Source of the DNA: an uncultured Spirochaetota bacterium | GTDB taxonomy: Bacteria; Spirochaetota; Spirochaetia; SZUA-6; Fen-1364 | DNA length: 64,000 bases | Direction: 5' to 3' | NCBI GenBank assembly: GCA_963820525.1 | Contig: CAWGAA010000001.1 | Location: 1,824,001-1,888,000 of the forward strand | Part shown: one piece after another, positions 41,139 to 51,296 of the stretch | Layout of the letters: every line of letters starts with the position of its first letter | How positions within the stretch are numbered: the stretch's first letter is position 1 | Made by a program: the position numbers and the translations under genes | The notes under the pieces: model-generated | The model's database searches: none | Seen by the model: the letters and a program-made list of their open reading frames with translations, nothing else | Told to the model about the DNA's origin: nothing

Positions 41139-41954
41139 TCACATCGTCAGAAGCTTCTTCATCAGATAGTACGGGCGGGACTCGCCGCCTATCACGGCGC
41201 GATCGAACCAGGCAAAGCCGTAGCCGCGCCTGAAAAGTGTGTCGAATGTCCGGTATACGATGGGCAGAAAGTCCGGAATGCTATCCACAGCCTTGGCAAG
41301 CCCGGCTGCCGAAGAATCGGCCATGGCCACGGCGAGGGGGCCCGAGTACGCGACTGCCTTGCGGGGAATCGGCCTGCTGCCCTCCCAGTCCAGGACGTTC
41401 CGCGCTTCCACCTCATCGTCGCGAAGGTCAAGGGGCTTGAACAGGGAGTCCTCGAAATCGCACTCGCATGACACGTATGGCCAGGGCCTGCCATCGGACA
41501 TCTTCACCCCCTGCTTCCAGTAATAGCGGGTGCCGAAGCGCGTGACGTAAAGCCCGGCGCAATGGGTCAGGAGAGGGCTGGTGCCGAATTTCAGCCGCTG
41601 GGTCTTTTTCTTTTCGATATACAGCCGCGCCGCATCCATGAGGCCCGCACCGATGCCCCTGCGCCTGAAGTCCGCGTGAACCTCGATGCCCGCTAAATGG
41701 TAGAACAGGCCTCCCTCGTCTCGGTCGGGATAAACGCAGATCCAGCCGAGGATGCGCTCCGCGGAGGGGTCGGAGGCGACGATCGTTTCACCCTTTCGCT
41801 CCTTGATGTATCCGATGAGGTCCCGGGGACCCGAGGAAGGGGAGGAGCCGAGGGTGACGCCGGCCTGACCGAAAAGCTTCGAGACATCGAGGCGGCTTTC
41901 CCACAGATCTTCTCTGCGTTCGTCGATGAGGGGGATATATCGGAGATCCATCAT
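41139..41954 (-). CDS. GNAT acetyltransferase
   Basis: V..DFRRRGIG acetyl-CoA motif. Confidence 0.75.
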   Translation of the reverse strand: MMDLRYIPLIDERREDLWESRLDVSKLFGQAGVTLGSSPSSGPRDLIGYIKERKGETIVASDPSAERILGWICVYPDRDEGGLFYHLAGIEVHADFRRRGIGAGLMDAARLYIEKKKTQRLKFGTSPLLTHCAGLYVTRFGTRYYWKQGVKMSDGRPWPYVSCECDFEDSLFKPLDLRDDEVEARNVLDWEGSRPIPRKAVAYSGPLAVAMADSSAAGLAKAVDSIPDFLPIVYRTFDTLFRRGYGFAWFDRAVIGGESRPYYLMKKLLTM

Positions 41955-42082
41955 ACGCTCTGCGGGCGAGGGTCGTCCCTCCAGCGCGTGTTGGACGGAT
42001 GACTCCCGCCTACACTCTTTATCGGCAGGCTCACTTGATATGACGATCCGGCGCGCACTACCTTAGAGGAGAGGCATCCCCG

Positions 42083-43162
42083 ATGAAGAGAAAGGAAAGC
42101 TTGAGCGGCCGGGAGCGGGTCCGCCTGGCGCTGGAGCACCGGACCACGGACCGCATCCCCATCGCCATGGTCTGCGCCGGGATCAACCCGCCGGCCTACA
42201 GCGCCTTGCGCGAGTATCTGGCACGGGAACGCGGGATGAGCGTGGAGCAATACATCGAGCCGATCGTCGACATCGTCCAGGTGGATCCCGCCTACGTCGG
42301 ACCTCCCCTCGCCCCCGGAACCGACATCTGGGGCGTTCGACGCCGCGGGATAAGCTACGGCTCGGGAAGCTACGACGAGATCGTGCACTATCCTCTGGCC
42401 TCGGCCTTGAGCCTCGACGACCTCTCGGCGCACCGCTGGCCGGACCCCGACTGGTTCGACTACGGCGTTCTTCCCGGCCGCATCGAAGCCGCACGCGCCT
42501 CCTCGGACAAGTGCGTCATGGTCTGGAACGGCAACATCTTCGAGACCTCCTGGTACATGCGCGGCTTCGAGCAGATGCTCGTGGACGTCATGGTAGACGA
42601 GGATCTCGTCAACGGCATCATGTCCCGTGTCAGGGACTTCTACGTCGCCTACTTCACCCGCGTATTGGAGGAGGCCCGCGGGGGCGTGGACCTCATCTTC
42701 ACGGCGGACGACATCGGGGACCAGCGGGGCCTCCTCATGCCCCTCGCCAAGTGGGAGGCGCTCATCAAGCCCTATCACAGGCGGCTCAATGCGGCGATCC
42801 ATGGCTTCGGCGCCAAGGTGATCTACCACACGGACGGCTCGGTGATGGCGGCGGTCGACGGCCTCATCGACATGGGAATCGACGTGCTCCAGGCGCTTCA
42901 GTTCAGCGCCGAGGGCATGGACCCCCTGCGCCTGAAGCAGGATTTCGGCGAGCGGCTCTGTTTCGAAGGCGGGGTGAGCGTGCAGACCACCCTCCCCTTC
43001 GGAAAGCCCGAAGACGTTCGCAGGGAGGTCGAGGAGCGCATTCTCGTTCTGGGCAGGAACGGAGGCTACATCCTGGGGCCTTCCCACTACATTCAGGCGG
43101 GCACGCCGCCGGAGAACATCGTCGCGATGTTCGACACGGCATTGGAATACTACCCATATTAA
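42083..43162 (+). CDS. URO-D/MtaA-CmuA family protein
   Basis: RERV..AL.H...DRIP, DIWG, ADDIG, YHTDG, GGYILGPSH. Confidence 0.88.
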   Translation: MKRKESLSGRERVRLALEHRTTDRIPIAMVCAGINPPAYSALREYLARERGMSVEQYIEPIVDIVQVDPAYVGPPLAPGTDIWGVRRRGISYGSGSYDEIVHYPLASALSLDDLSAHRWPDPDWFDYGVLPGRIEAARASSDKCVMVWNGNIFETSWYMRGFEQMLVDVMVDEDLVNGIMSRVRDFYVAYFTRVLEEARGGVDLIFTADDIGDQRGLLMPLAKWEALIKPYHRRLNAAIHGFGAKVIYHTDGSVMAAVDGLIDMGIDVLQALQFSAEGMDPLRLKQDFGERLCFEGGVSVQTTLPFGKPEDVRREVEERILVLGRNGGYILGPSHYIQAGTPPENIVAMFDTALEYYPY

Positions 43163-43172
43163 GGAGGAAAGC

Positions 43173-44165
43173 ATGCGCGCGGCGGTGCTCGATTCACCCC
43201 GGCATCCACTCGCCGTGAGGGATGTCCCCGAGCCTGAACCCGCACGGGGCCAGCTCCTGGTGCGGGTGAGCGCCTGCGGGGTCTGCCGGACAGACCTTCA
43301 CGTGGTGGATGGGGAGCTCGCCGGGCCGAAGCTGCCCCTGATTCCCGGCCACCAGATCGTGGGGGTGGTCGAGGGCGTGGGAGAAGGGGTGGAGGGCTTC
43401 TCCATCGGGGACCGGGTCGGCATCCCCTGGCTCGGGTGGACATGCGGGGAATGCGCCTTCTGCGCGAGCGGCAGGGAGAATCTCTGCCGGCGGGCCCGCT
43501 TCACCGGCTACACCATAGACGGCGGATTCGCCGAGCGCGCCGCCGCGGATGCCCGCTTCTGCTTTCCCATCCCAAGCGTTTATCCGGACCTCCAGGCGGC
43601 ACCGCTTCTCTGCGCGGGGCTTATCGGCTACAGGGCATTGAGAATGGCCGGGGACGCCAAAAGGCTCGGGCTGTACGGCTTTGGAGCAGCCGCGCACATC
43701 GTCATCCAGGTTGCGCGTCACCAGGGCCGGAGGGTTTTCGCCTTCACCCGCGCAGGGGACGCAGCCGCCCAGGAGTTCGCGCGCTCACTGGGCGCCGAAT
43801 GGGCGGGGGACTCCCTCCAGCAGCCCCCCGAGGAGATGGATGCGGCCCTGATCTTCGCTCCAGATGGAAGCCTCCTCCCCCGGGCGCTTCGAAGCGTCGG
43901 CCCGGGAGGCACGGTGGTCTGCGCGGGAATTCATATGTCGGACATCCCCGCTTTCCCCTACCGGATCCTCTGGGAAGAGCGGGTGGTACGCTCGGTGGCA
44001 AACCTGACGCGCCGGGACGCCGAGGAGTTTCTCGCGCTTGCCCCCCGGATCCCCATATCGACCGAGGTCCATCTCTTCCCCCTGCCGCGCGTCAACGATG
44101 CCCTGGAGGCCCTGCGCCGGGGGAGTATCACCGGCGCCGCGGTCATCACGATGGGGCAGGCGTGA
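43173..44165 (+). CDS. Zn-dependent alcohol dehydrogenase
   Basis: CGVCRTDLH, PGHQ, CGEC.FC...ENLC, GFGAAA. Confidence 0.93.
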   Translation: MRAAVLDSPRHPLAVRDVPEPEPARGQLLVRVSACGVCRTDLHVVDGELAGPKLPLIPGHQIVGVVEGVGEGVEGFSIGDRVGIPWLGWTCGECAFCASGRENLCRRARFTGYTIDGGFAERAAADARFCFPIPSVYPDLQAAPLLCAGLIGYRALRMAGDAKRLGLYGFGAAAHIVIQVARHQGRRVFAFTRAGDAAAQEFARSLGAEWAGDSLQQPPEEMDAALIFAPDGSLLPRALRSVGPGGTVVCAGIHMSDIPAFPYRILWEERVVRSVANLTRRDAEEFLALAPRIPISTEVHLFPLPRVNDALEALRRGSITGAAVITMGQA

Positions 44166-44216
44166 ATCGGTTTTTTTGATTTTAGCCAATCAGGTAATTA
44201 TACTCCTTGATGAGAG

Positions 44217-46802
44217 ATGAATATGGAAAAGATTCGTGTTGCCAACGGCATCACCTGGGTGGCGATACCGGAGGCGGACCTTTTCGTGCTCTGCGGCTGC
44301 CCCGCGGACAGCGTCAAACACCTCATGAAGCGGGGCCTGATCGTGGAGAAGGAAAAGGACGGCGTCACCTTCGAGACCGGCCCCAACGCCATTCTCCTGT
44401 CGGAGACGGCCTCCCAGAAGGGAGTCTTTTCCAACCTGGGAGAGTTCCCCGTGCTGCAGATGCTCTACCGCCAGGGGATGATCCTTCCCAACCATCCCAA
44501 CAACACGGGCCGAAAGCCCATGCTCATCGGCCTGGAGGACCAGGTCCTGTCCCAGAGCCTCTACATCTACCGCGGCACCTACGGCCTCACCTCCGAGGAG
44601 GAGATGATGGCCGCGGGCGCCTCGCAAAAAGACAGCCGGGAAATGATGCGGGTGAAAAAGTGGTTCGCGTTCGACGACATCAGGGCCACCGAGGATCTGC
44701 TGGACCTGCGGGTGGTGGACAAACCCGCCGTCGAGCTGCGTGACGGGGTATTCATCCGCCGGCGCGGGTTCAACCAGTACGAGTTCCTCCATGCGGGACA
44801 CTCGGTCCGCGTGGACCTGAACCTTGCCGATGACGAGGAATACGGGCCCAGCTACACCCTCGGCTTCCACCGCATCCACCGGGAGTACTTTTCCATTGTG
44901 CATATCGGGGAGGGCGATGGGTGGAATCCCGACCAGCCCTGCATGGGGAGCATGATCGTGTTCCAGGGCAGGATCTTCCTCGTGGACGCGGGGCCCAACA
45001 TCACCCATGCCCTCACGGCCTTGGGCATCGGCATCAACGAGATCGAGGGCGTATTCCAGACCCACGGCCACGACGATCACTTCGCCGGGCTCACTTCCCT
45101 GATCAGGTCCGACCACCGGATACAGTACTATGCCACTGCGCTGGTCCGCTCCAGCGTCGTGAAGAAGTACATGGCCCTCACCGGCGGCGACGAGTCCGAC
45201 TTCTCCCGCTACTTCGAGGTGCACGATCTTGCATTCGACACATGGAACTCCATCGAAGGCCTCGAGGTGATGCCGCAGTACTCCCTTCACCCGGTGGAGA
45301 CGAGCGTGCTGTTCTTCCGCGCCCTGTGGGAAGGCGGGTACAAAACGTACGCGCACCTCGCCGACATCGTCTCCTCCGAGACCCTCAAACGCATGCTCAC
45401 CGATGATCCCAAGAAGAGCGGGATCGGGCGGCGTCTCGCCGAAGCCTACCAGGCCGCCCTCACCCGCCCCGTAGATCTCAAGAAGATCGACGTCGGCGGC
45501 GGCACCATCCACGGAAGCGCCCGCGATTTCAACGGGGACGAATCGCACAGGATCATCCTGAGCCATCTCTCCCGGCCGCTGAGCGAGGCCGAAAAGGAGA
45601 TCGGCTCCAACGCCTCCTTCGGCCACGACGACGTCCTCATCCCCGCACAATCGGACTACCGCATGCACGCGGCGCGCCGGCCTCTGCGCGTGTATTTCCC
45701 GGGGGTCCCGGAGTTCGACATTTCCATGCTGGCCAACTGCCCGCGCGTGGAGGCGAACCCGGGGAGCATCATCCTGCGCTCGGGTGAGGAAGGCAGGGAC
45801 TTCCTGCTCATCCTGAGCGGAGTCGTGGAATACATCGACTCGAAGGCGGGCCTGCGCAACCAGCTCTCCGCGGGGGCCCTGATGGGAGAAATGGCGGGTG
45901 CGTCGGAAAAGAAACCGGGAGGCACTTTCCGCGCCGCGAGCCACGTCACGGTGCTCCGCATCCCGCGGGAGATGTATGACGACGTTGTTCGACGCAACGC
46001 CCTGGATGAAACCATCCGCCAGGTGAACGAGAACAGGCGCATCCTGCAGAACTCCTGGCTTTTCGGCGAGATGGTCTCGTTCCCCGTTCAGCTCGGGATC
46101 GCCAAGCTCATGGAACGCGTCACCGCAAAGGAGGGGGAAGCGATCTGGGCGGGCGAGAAAGCGGAGCTTTATCTTCTGGCGGAGGGGCTCGTGACGATTT
46201 TTTCAGGGAGCAAGCCCATTGAAAACGTGATGAAGGGGGGATTTTTCGGGGAAGAAGCGGTGCTCCGGCGCTCCTCCGGGCTGTTCGAGGCGCGCGTGAC
46301 ATACAACGCCGTGCTCTTCACCATCCCCGGCGATGCCCTTCAGAACATACCCATCGTTCACTGGAAGCTCGCCGAGACCTTCGAGCGGCGCCTGAAGAGC
46401 TTCCGCACCGAGTTCGCCTTCGAATGGCGGGAAGCATACCGCGTCGGGATACCGGGAATTGATGAGCAGCACCAGAAGCTCTTCTCCCTGATCGCCTCAT
46501 TGTCGCAGTCCCTGGAAGCCTCCCCGGAGAACGGGGCGCTCGAAACCCGCACGGGGGAGCTGATAGAAGCGGTGGGCGCCCACCTCGGCTACGAGCAGAC
46601 CCTCATCCGGGAGCGCAATCCCGCGGAGTACGAGACGCAGCGCAGGGGGCACGAGGCCTTCCTGTCCCAGCTCGAGGTGATCCGCAAACGAATCCCGCAG
46701 ACTCCGGAGATCGCGATCCGGGAGGTGGTCGATACGCTCAAGGATTGGATCATCGATCATACCCTTCTGGAAGACTTGAAGTACCGTCACCTGCTGAGGT
46801 GA
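44217..46802 (+). CDS. MBL-fold hydrolase + 2 cNMP-binding domains + C-terminal bacteriohemerythrin
   Basis: THGHDDH MBL motif; two GE-containing cNMP domains; W...Y.VG...IDEQH...H...E...H...WI..H...ED. Confidence 0.85.
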   Translation: MNMEKIRVANGITWVAIPEADLFVLCGCPADSVKHLMKRGLIVEKEKDGVTFETGPNAILLSETASQKGVFSNLGEFPVLQMLYRQGMILPNHPNNTGRKPMLIGLEDQVLSQSLYIYRGTYGLTSEEEMMAAGASQKDSREMMRVKKWFAFDDIRATEDLLDLRVVDKPAVELRDGVFIRRRGFNQYEFLHAGHSVRVDLNLADDEEYGPSYTLGFHRIHREYFSIVHIGEGDGWNPDQPCMGSMIVFQGRIFLVDAGPNITHALTALGIGINEIEGVFQTHGHDDHFAGLTSLIRSDHRIQYYATALVRSSVVKKYMALTGGDESDFSRYFEVHDLAFDTWNSIEGLEVMPQYSLHPVETSVLFFRALWEGGYKTYAHLADIVSSETLKRMLTDDPKKSGIGRRLAEAYQAALTRPVDLKKIDVGGGTIHGSARDFNGDESHRIILSHLSRPLSEAEKEIGSNASFGHDDVLIPAQSDYRMHAARRPLRVYFPGVPEFDISMLANCPRVEANPGSIILRSGEEGRDFLLILSGVVEYIDSKAGLRNQLSAGALMGEMAGASEKKPGGTFRAASHVTVLRIPREMYDDVVRRNALDETIRQVNENRRILQNSWLFGEMVSFPVQLGIAKLMERVTAKEGEAIWAGEKAELYLLAEGLVTIFSGSKPIENVMKGGFFGEEAVLRRSSGLFEARVTYNAVLFTIPGDALQNIPIVHWKLAETFERRLKSFRTEFAFEWREAYRVGIPGIDEQHQKLFSLIASLSQSLEASPENGALETRTGELIEAVGAHLGYEQTLIRERNPAEYETQRRGHEAFLSQLEVIRKRIPQTPEIAIREVVDTLKDWIIDHTLLEDLKYRHLLR

Positions 46803-47091
46803 GGCTTCAGGAGACTCCACTGAAAGAACCCAACATTTGTTAGGTGATACGAGGCATTGACTCACGTGAAGAGATTCTGAGACTGCGACAAGAGCTTGAC
46901 AACATACTGCGCTTCGCCCATGCTATCCTAAAATTCCGTGATTTGACGCAATATCGGAAAAATGGGAATTCCGAAAAAATGGTGTATCATTATCCTAGAA
47001 TGTTTCCCGAGGTAAAAAGACCCTCGCTCGCCTTTTCTGATCTCACGCATCCTCGTCAAACTCTCCGACTCGATTCTCGAGGAGGTCTCCC

Positions 47092-47517
47092 ATGAATCGG
47101 CTCCTTTCTATATCTGTCGCCATTTTCATCGCGCTCATGGGGGTTACCGTGCCAGCTAGCGCGCAGGAAACCCAGGCCGCGCCGTGGCTGGCTGCGTACA
47201 GTTTTGTCGTACCGGCCAATCCCCTGGGCGAGAACGCCAAGGCAGGCCTCGCAGCGTTCACCCTCACAAACAACATGACGAGCGATGCCCGCGACGTGGT
47301 TATAGAAGTTCTGCCGGGCACCCGTGTCGGTTTCGGCCCTTTTAACCGGGAGCAGGCCGGAAACATCGGCCACGGCTCCTACGCCGTTCTCCACGTCCAG
47401 CTCATGCTGGCCTCCGATGCGAAGGGCTTCCCGCTGAAAATCACCTGGAAGGATGCCGACGGCTCCCCGCGGGCTGCCACTATCGACGCCATCGACATCG
47501 AGGAGGCCCGGAAATGA
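47092..47517 (+). CDS. Small secreted Ig-like protein
   Basis: GAGGAGG RBS, signal peptide (ASA-Q), ATGA overlap with the next gene. Confidence 0.7.
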   Translation: MNRLLSISVAIFIALMGVTVPASAQETQAAPWLAAYSFVVPANPLGENAKAGLAAFTLTNNMTSDARDVVIEVLPGTRVGFGPFNREQAGNIGHGSYAVLHVQLMLASDAKGFPLKITWKDADGSPRAATIDAIDIEEARK

Positions 47518-50500
47518 ACGCGAGAAGAATCGTCATCTCCATGCTCCTGGCCGTCACACTGTCGACGGCCGCCCATGCCCAGGGCGTAGAGCTCAATCCG
47601 GCATACATTACGGGAACGGTCAGCCTGACGAATGCCGTCTATGCGGACAAGGTGTACCTGGCCTACGTGTACGCGTACGCAGACGGTGGCTTTTCGGCCA
47701 ACACTACCGTTGCCGCGGATGGCACATATACGCTCACCGTCAACGCGCCAGCGGATGGAACCGAACGAGCATACACGGTCTATGCCCGGTTCTATCTCAA
47801 GAACGGGATCGAATTCTCAACAGCCGAGCAGAGCGTCGTCGTGACCAAGGATGCCACGGAGCACGCAGATTTTTCAGCCGCCCTTGGCACTCTCACGCTG
47901 AATCTGTCGGCCACGAACGGCAATATCTCTTCTCTCAATTTTCTTATATTCAATAGCTCCGGCTATCCATATCTCTATGCAAGTCTCTATGTAAATCTCT
48001 CACCCCCCGTTTCATCCACCCAATATTCCGTCGATTTTCCCGCTGGAATAGAAGCATACTATGTTTGGGCCTATGTGTACCCGGCGGACAGCGCTTACAC
48101 GCAAGTATTGCTTGAAACACAAGACTTCATTGTGAACCCTGGAGAAACGGTAGAGCAGACCTATTCGGCAACTTTTCCGGAAGCTCCGAAAAAAGCGACC
48201 CTCCAGGGGACGATCACGCTTGATGGAATACCGGGCTCCCTGGAATTCGATCATCACTGGATGTTCTATCCCTACATCTATCTCTATACCAACGGCGGGA
48301 GCTACACGACGGATGATGCAACACCCGGAACCCAGACCATGTACCTCTATACGTATTTCAAAAACAACACGTACATGGCCTGGCCGTACAAATCCATCGT
48401 GCCCGACTCCGATTATGCGAGAATCACGATACTCCCAGGTCAGGTCAACACATTCAGCCCGCGAACATCCCTTGCCGGAGTATTGAGCGGGAGTCTCAAG
48501 TTTACCGGAGTCGCCAGCCTGGCCGACGTACCGGAATACTATCGCGGCATCAGTCTTATCGGCAAGAGCTCAAGCGACGCGTACGGCGGCTATACATGGC
48601 AGTCCTACCTGAATCCCAATACGGGAGATTTCTCGCTGCCTGCCACGGCGGGCACGTGGACGTATGACGGGCTCAGCTACTTTGCATTCCAGAAAAACCT
48701 CACGGATCCCGACAATTACGTCAACTGCAGCATCTACGGCATTTCCGATATCCGCGGCACAGCGGACTATACCATTTCTCAAGGACAATCCATACAAGGC
48801 ATTTCGATCGAGATCCCCACGGGCTCCGTGAAAATCAAGTTCTCGGTCACCGACGGGAGCCTGGTTGCCAGCCCTGGGCTTTCATTCTCATTCAATCAGG
48901 TCGATGCATCCGGACAAACGATGTTCTACGGAAGCGGATCCGCGAGCGGCCCCAGCCAGGCTCTCATTGAAAACCAATCCACCATCGTCGGACCCCCCGG
49001 CACATACACGGTAAATGCATCGGCCCTGGTCAACGGCTCCTGGGTCACCTTCAATCCGCAGCAGGTAATCGTGATCGAGGGCGTCGAACAGGTCCTGGAG
49101 ATCAACGGTCCGTCCCTGAGCGTCTCTTCGCCGCAAGCCGAGCTCTACACCTATGACGATCAGGTCACAGTTTCAGGTATTGCGGATGACGATACGCTGG
49201 TGGCGTCGGTTACCGTAAACGACGCCGTGCAGACATTGACGAGCACGAATAACCCCGAAAGGCCCAAGGAAGTGAGCTTCTCCACTCCCTTCACCCTCGC
49301 CAATGGACCGAACAAGATCGTGGTCAAGGCCGTCGACTCGGCCGGGAAGATCGCCCAGGATACGCGGTTCGTCTACAAGGATCGGGGAGCGCCAACACTC
49401 AGCTTCAAGCCCGTCACCTCTACAACGAACGCCACCACGATAACCGTCGAAGGCACGACAAGCGACGACAATGCTATCACAAAGGTCTTCGTGAATGGTC
49501 TCGCGGTCCCCTTCTCGTGGAGCGGAAACGCGAATGATCCGAATGAGGTCTCCTTCACAACAGAGCTTTCACTCAAAGACGGCCCGAATACCATCAGCGT
49601 AATAGTAGAAGACAACTGCAAACGCACGACATCGGAAGCCCATATCGTTACGAGAGCGGAAAAAGACGAGACGCCGCCGGTCTTCCCGGCGTTGGCGGAC
49701 GTTGTCCTGGAGCAGGCGGGGCCGGAGGGCACAGCCTATGTTCTGCCCGTGCCGAATGTCACCGATGACCAGGATCCCGCCCCAACTGTTGCAAGCAACG
49801 CCCCGGCGGTGTTCCCGGCCGGTCTGACCACCGTGACCTGGACCGCGACGGACGCCTCCGGCAACAGCTCCACCGCCGCTCAGAAAGTGACCGTTGCCGA
49901 CACGACCCCTCCCAGCATCACCGCACCGGCGGATGTCGTCCTGGAATACACCGGCGGGCCCGCCTCGGGAGCGAGCATTGGATATCCGGTCGTGCACGAT
50001 GCGGTGGACCCTTCACCCAATGTCACGGCTGATCTTCCCTCTGTATTTCCGCTGGGGGTGACGAGCGTCACCTGGACGGCTACGGATCATTCCGGCAATT
50101 CAGCTTCCGCCGTTCAGAAGGTGACGGCTGTCGACACCACCCCTCCTGCGACAACCCTTTCCCTTGGAGATCCCAAGGTGGTGAAAAACGGGATACAGTA
50201 CATCTCAGACAAGACGCCCATCACCTTGAGCGCCGTCGATATCGGCTCAGGTGTGGCCGCAATCTACTACAACCTCGGGGCTGGACCCTCCCTCTACAGT
50301 GGGCCCATCACGATTGCAGCCGCCGGCGCCTGCAACCTCCGCTACTATGCCGTTGACGCCGCCGGCAATCGCGAGCCGGAAAAATCGGTTTCGGTGACGG
50401 TGGACAACAAGGGCCCGGAAATAACCGTGGAGGGCGTTGCGGCGGGAATGGTCTACAAGAACGCGGTGACCCCCGTCATCAAGGTTGTCGACCCCATCCT

Positions 50501-51245
50501 TGATTCCTCCTCTGTGACCTTGAACGGAGCAGCCTACACGCAAGGAACGCCCATTGAACAGAACGGCCAGTATACCCTTGCGGTGGCGGCAATCGATCTT
50601 CTGGGCAACACGAGCTCGTATGCCGTATCCTTTGCCATCGCCAAGAGCTCCGTGGAGATGCCGGGGTATTATTTCCTGGAGAATGACAAGGTCAAGATCT
50701 ACTGGCAGGGTGCCGCAGGGGCGGTCGGGTACAACATCTACCTGAACGGAAAGAAAGTAAACAAAGGGTTCCACATGAAGTGGCCGCGCTTGGACCGTGA
50801 AGATCACCTGGTGAAGGACACTTCCTATATCCTGCACGGGATCCACGGCCGGAACGTAATCGCGGTGAAAGCGGTGGGCAAGCGCGGAATGGAGATTGCC
50901 ACCGCCGCCCAGTTCTCTATAGACCAGGCTCAATCCCTTTTCTTGAGCGCGCCGCAATTCAGCCAATGGCATTCGCCAAAGGGAAGCAGCCTGGTGGTTC
51001 ATGGAAGCAACCCGTTCCACCGCGACGTCAAAGCCTATTACGCGGTAATCGATGAACATGGGTATCGGACTGCCTGGATATCTTTGGGCCCCGTGACCCA
51101 GGAGAGCAGGAACCGCTTCTCCTTCAGCGTCCCGGTCACCGATCAGATCCGCGGAAAGCAGCTCGCCCTCAGGGTGACCGGATGGGACGCCAGACAGGGG
51201 AGAGAAGAAGAGACGGGGATGACTATCCGGATCGCGAAAAAGTAG
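47514..51245 (+). CDS. Large secreted multi-Ig/HYR-domain surface protein
   Basis: Signal peptide (AHA-Q), Tyr-rich N-terminal half, two 'L..GPN.I' Ig domains, HYR-like (FP.G.T.VTWTATD.SGN, DTTPP), basic C-terminus. Confidence 0.85.
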   Translation: MNARRIVISMLLAVTLSTAAHAQGVELNPAYITGTVSLTNAVYADKVYLAYVYAYADGGFSANTTVAADGTYTLTVNAPADGTERAYTVYARFYLKNGIEFSTAEQSVVVTKDATEHADFSAALGTLTLNLSATNGNISSLNFLIFNSSGYPYLYASLYVNLSPPVSSTQYSVDFPAGIEAYYVWAYVYPADSAYTQVLLETQDFIVNPGETVEQTYSATFPEAPKKATLQGTITLDGIPGSLEFDHHWMFYPYIYLYTNGGSYTTDDATPGTQTMYLYTYFKNNTYMAWPYKSIVPDSDYARITILPGQVNTFSPRTSLAGVLSGSLKFTGVASLADVPEYYRGISLIGKSSSDAYGGYTWQSYLNPNTGDFSLPATAGTWTYDGLSYFAFQKNLTDPDNYVNCSIYGISDIRGTADYTISQGQSIQGISIEIPTGSVKIKFSVTDGSLVASPGLSFSFNQVDASGQTMFYGSGSASGPSQALIENQSTIVGPPGTYTVNASALVNGSWVTFNPQQVIVIEGVEQVLEINGPSLSVSSPQAELYTYDDQVTVSGIADDDTLVASVTVNDAVQTLTSTNNPERPKEVSFSTPFTLANGPNKIVVKAVDSAGKIAQDTRFVYKDRGAPTLSFKPVTSTTNATTITVEGTTSDDNAITKVFVNGLAVPFSWSGNANDPNEVSFTTELSLKDGPNTISVIVEDNCKRTTSEAHIVTRAEKDETPPVFPALADVVLEQAGPEGTAYVLPVPNVTDDQDPAPTVASNAPAVFPAGLTTVTWTATDASGNSSTAAQKVTVADTTPPSITAPADVVLEYTGGPASGASIGYPVVHDAVDPSPNVTADLPSVFPLGVTSVTWTATDHSGNSASAVQKVTAVDTTPPATTLSLGDPKVVKNGIQYISDKTPITLSAVDIGSGVAAIYYNLGAGPSLYSGPITIAAAGACNLRYYAVDAAGNREPEKSVSVTVDNKGPEITVEGVAAGMVYKNAVTPVIKVVDPILDSSSVTLNGAAYTQGTPIEQNGQYTLAVAAIDLLGNTSSYAVSFAIAKSSVEMPGYYFLENDKVKIYWQGAAGAVGYNIYLNGKKVNKGFHMKWPRLDREDHLVKDTSYILHGIHGRNVIAVKAVGKRGMEIATAAQFSIDQAQSLFLSAPQFSQWHSPKGSSLVVHGSNPFHRDVKAYYAVIDEHGYRTAWISLGPVTQESRNRFSFSVPVTDQIRGKQLALRVTGWDARQGREEETGMTIRIAKK

Positions 51246-51296
51246 CCTTCGCTTCGCGCATTGTCCCCGTCCGGCCTGGTGCCGGCCGGGGCCTTT

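Noticed and set aside
46803..47091. Riboswitch or ORF in the AT-rich gap before the surface-protein cluster
   Set aside because: No recognisable aptamer motif; the 83-aa ORF lacks RBS and codon support.
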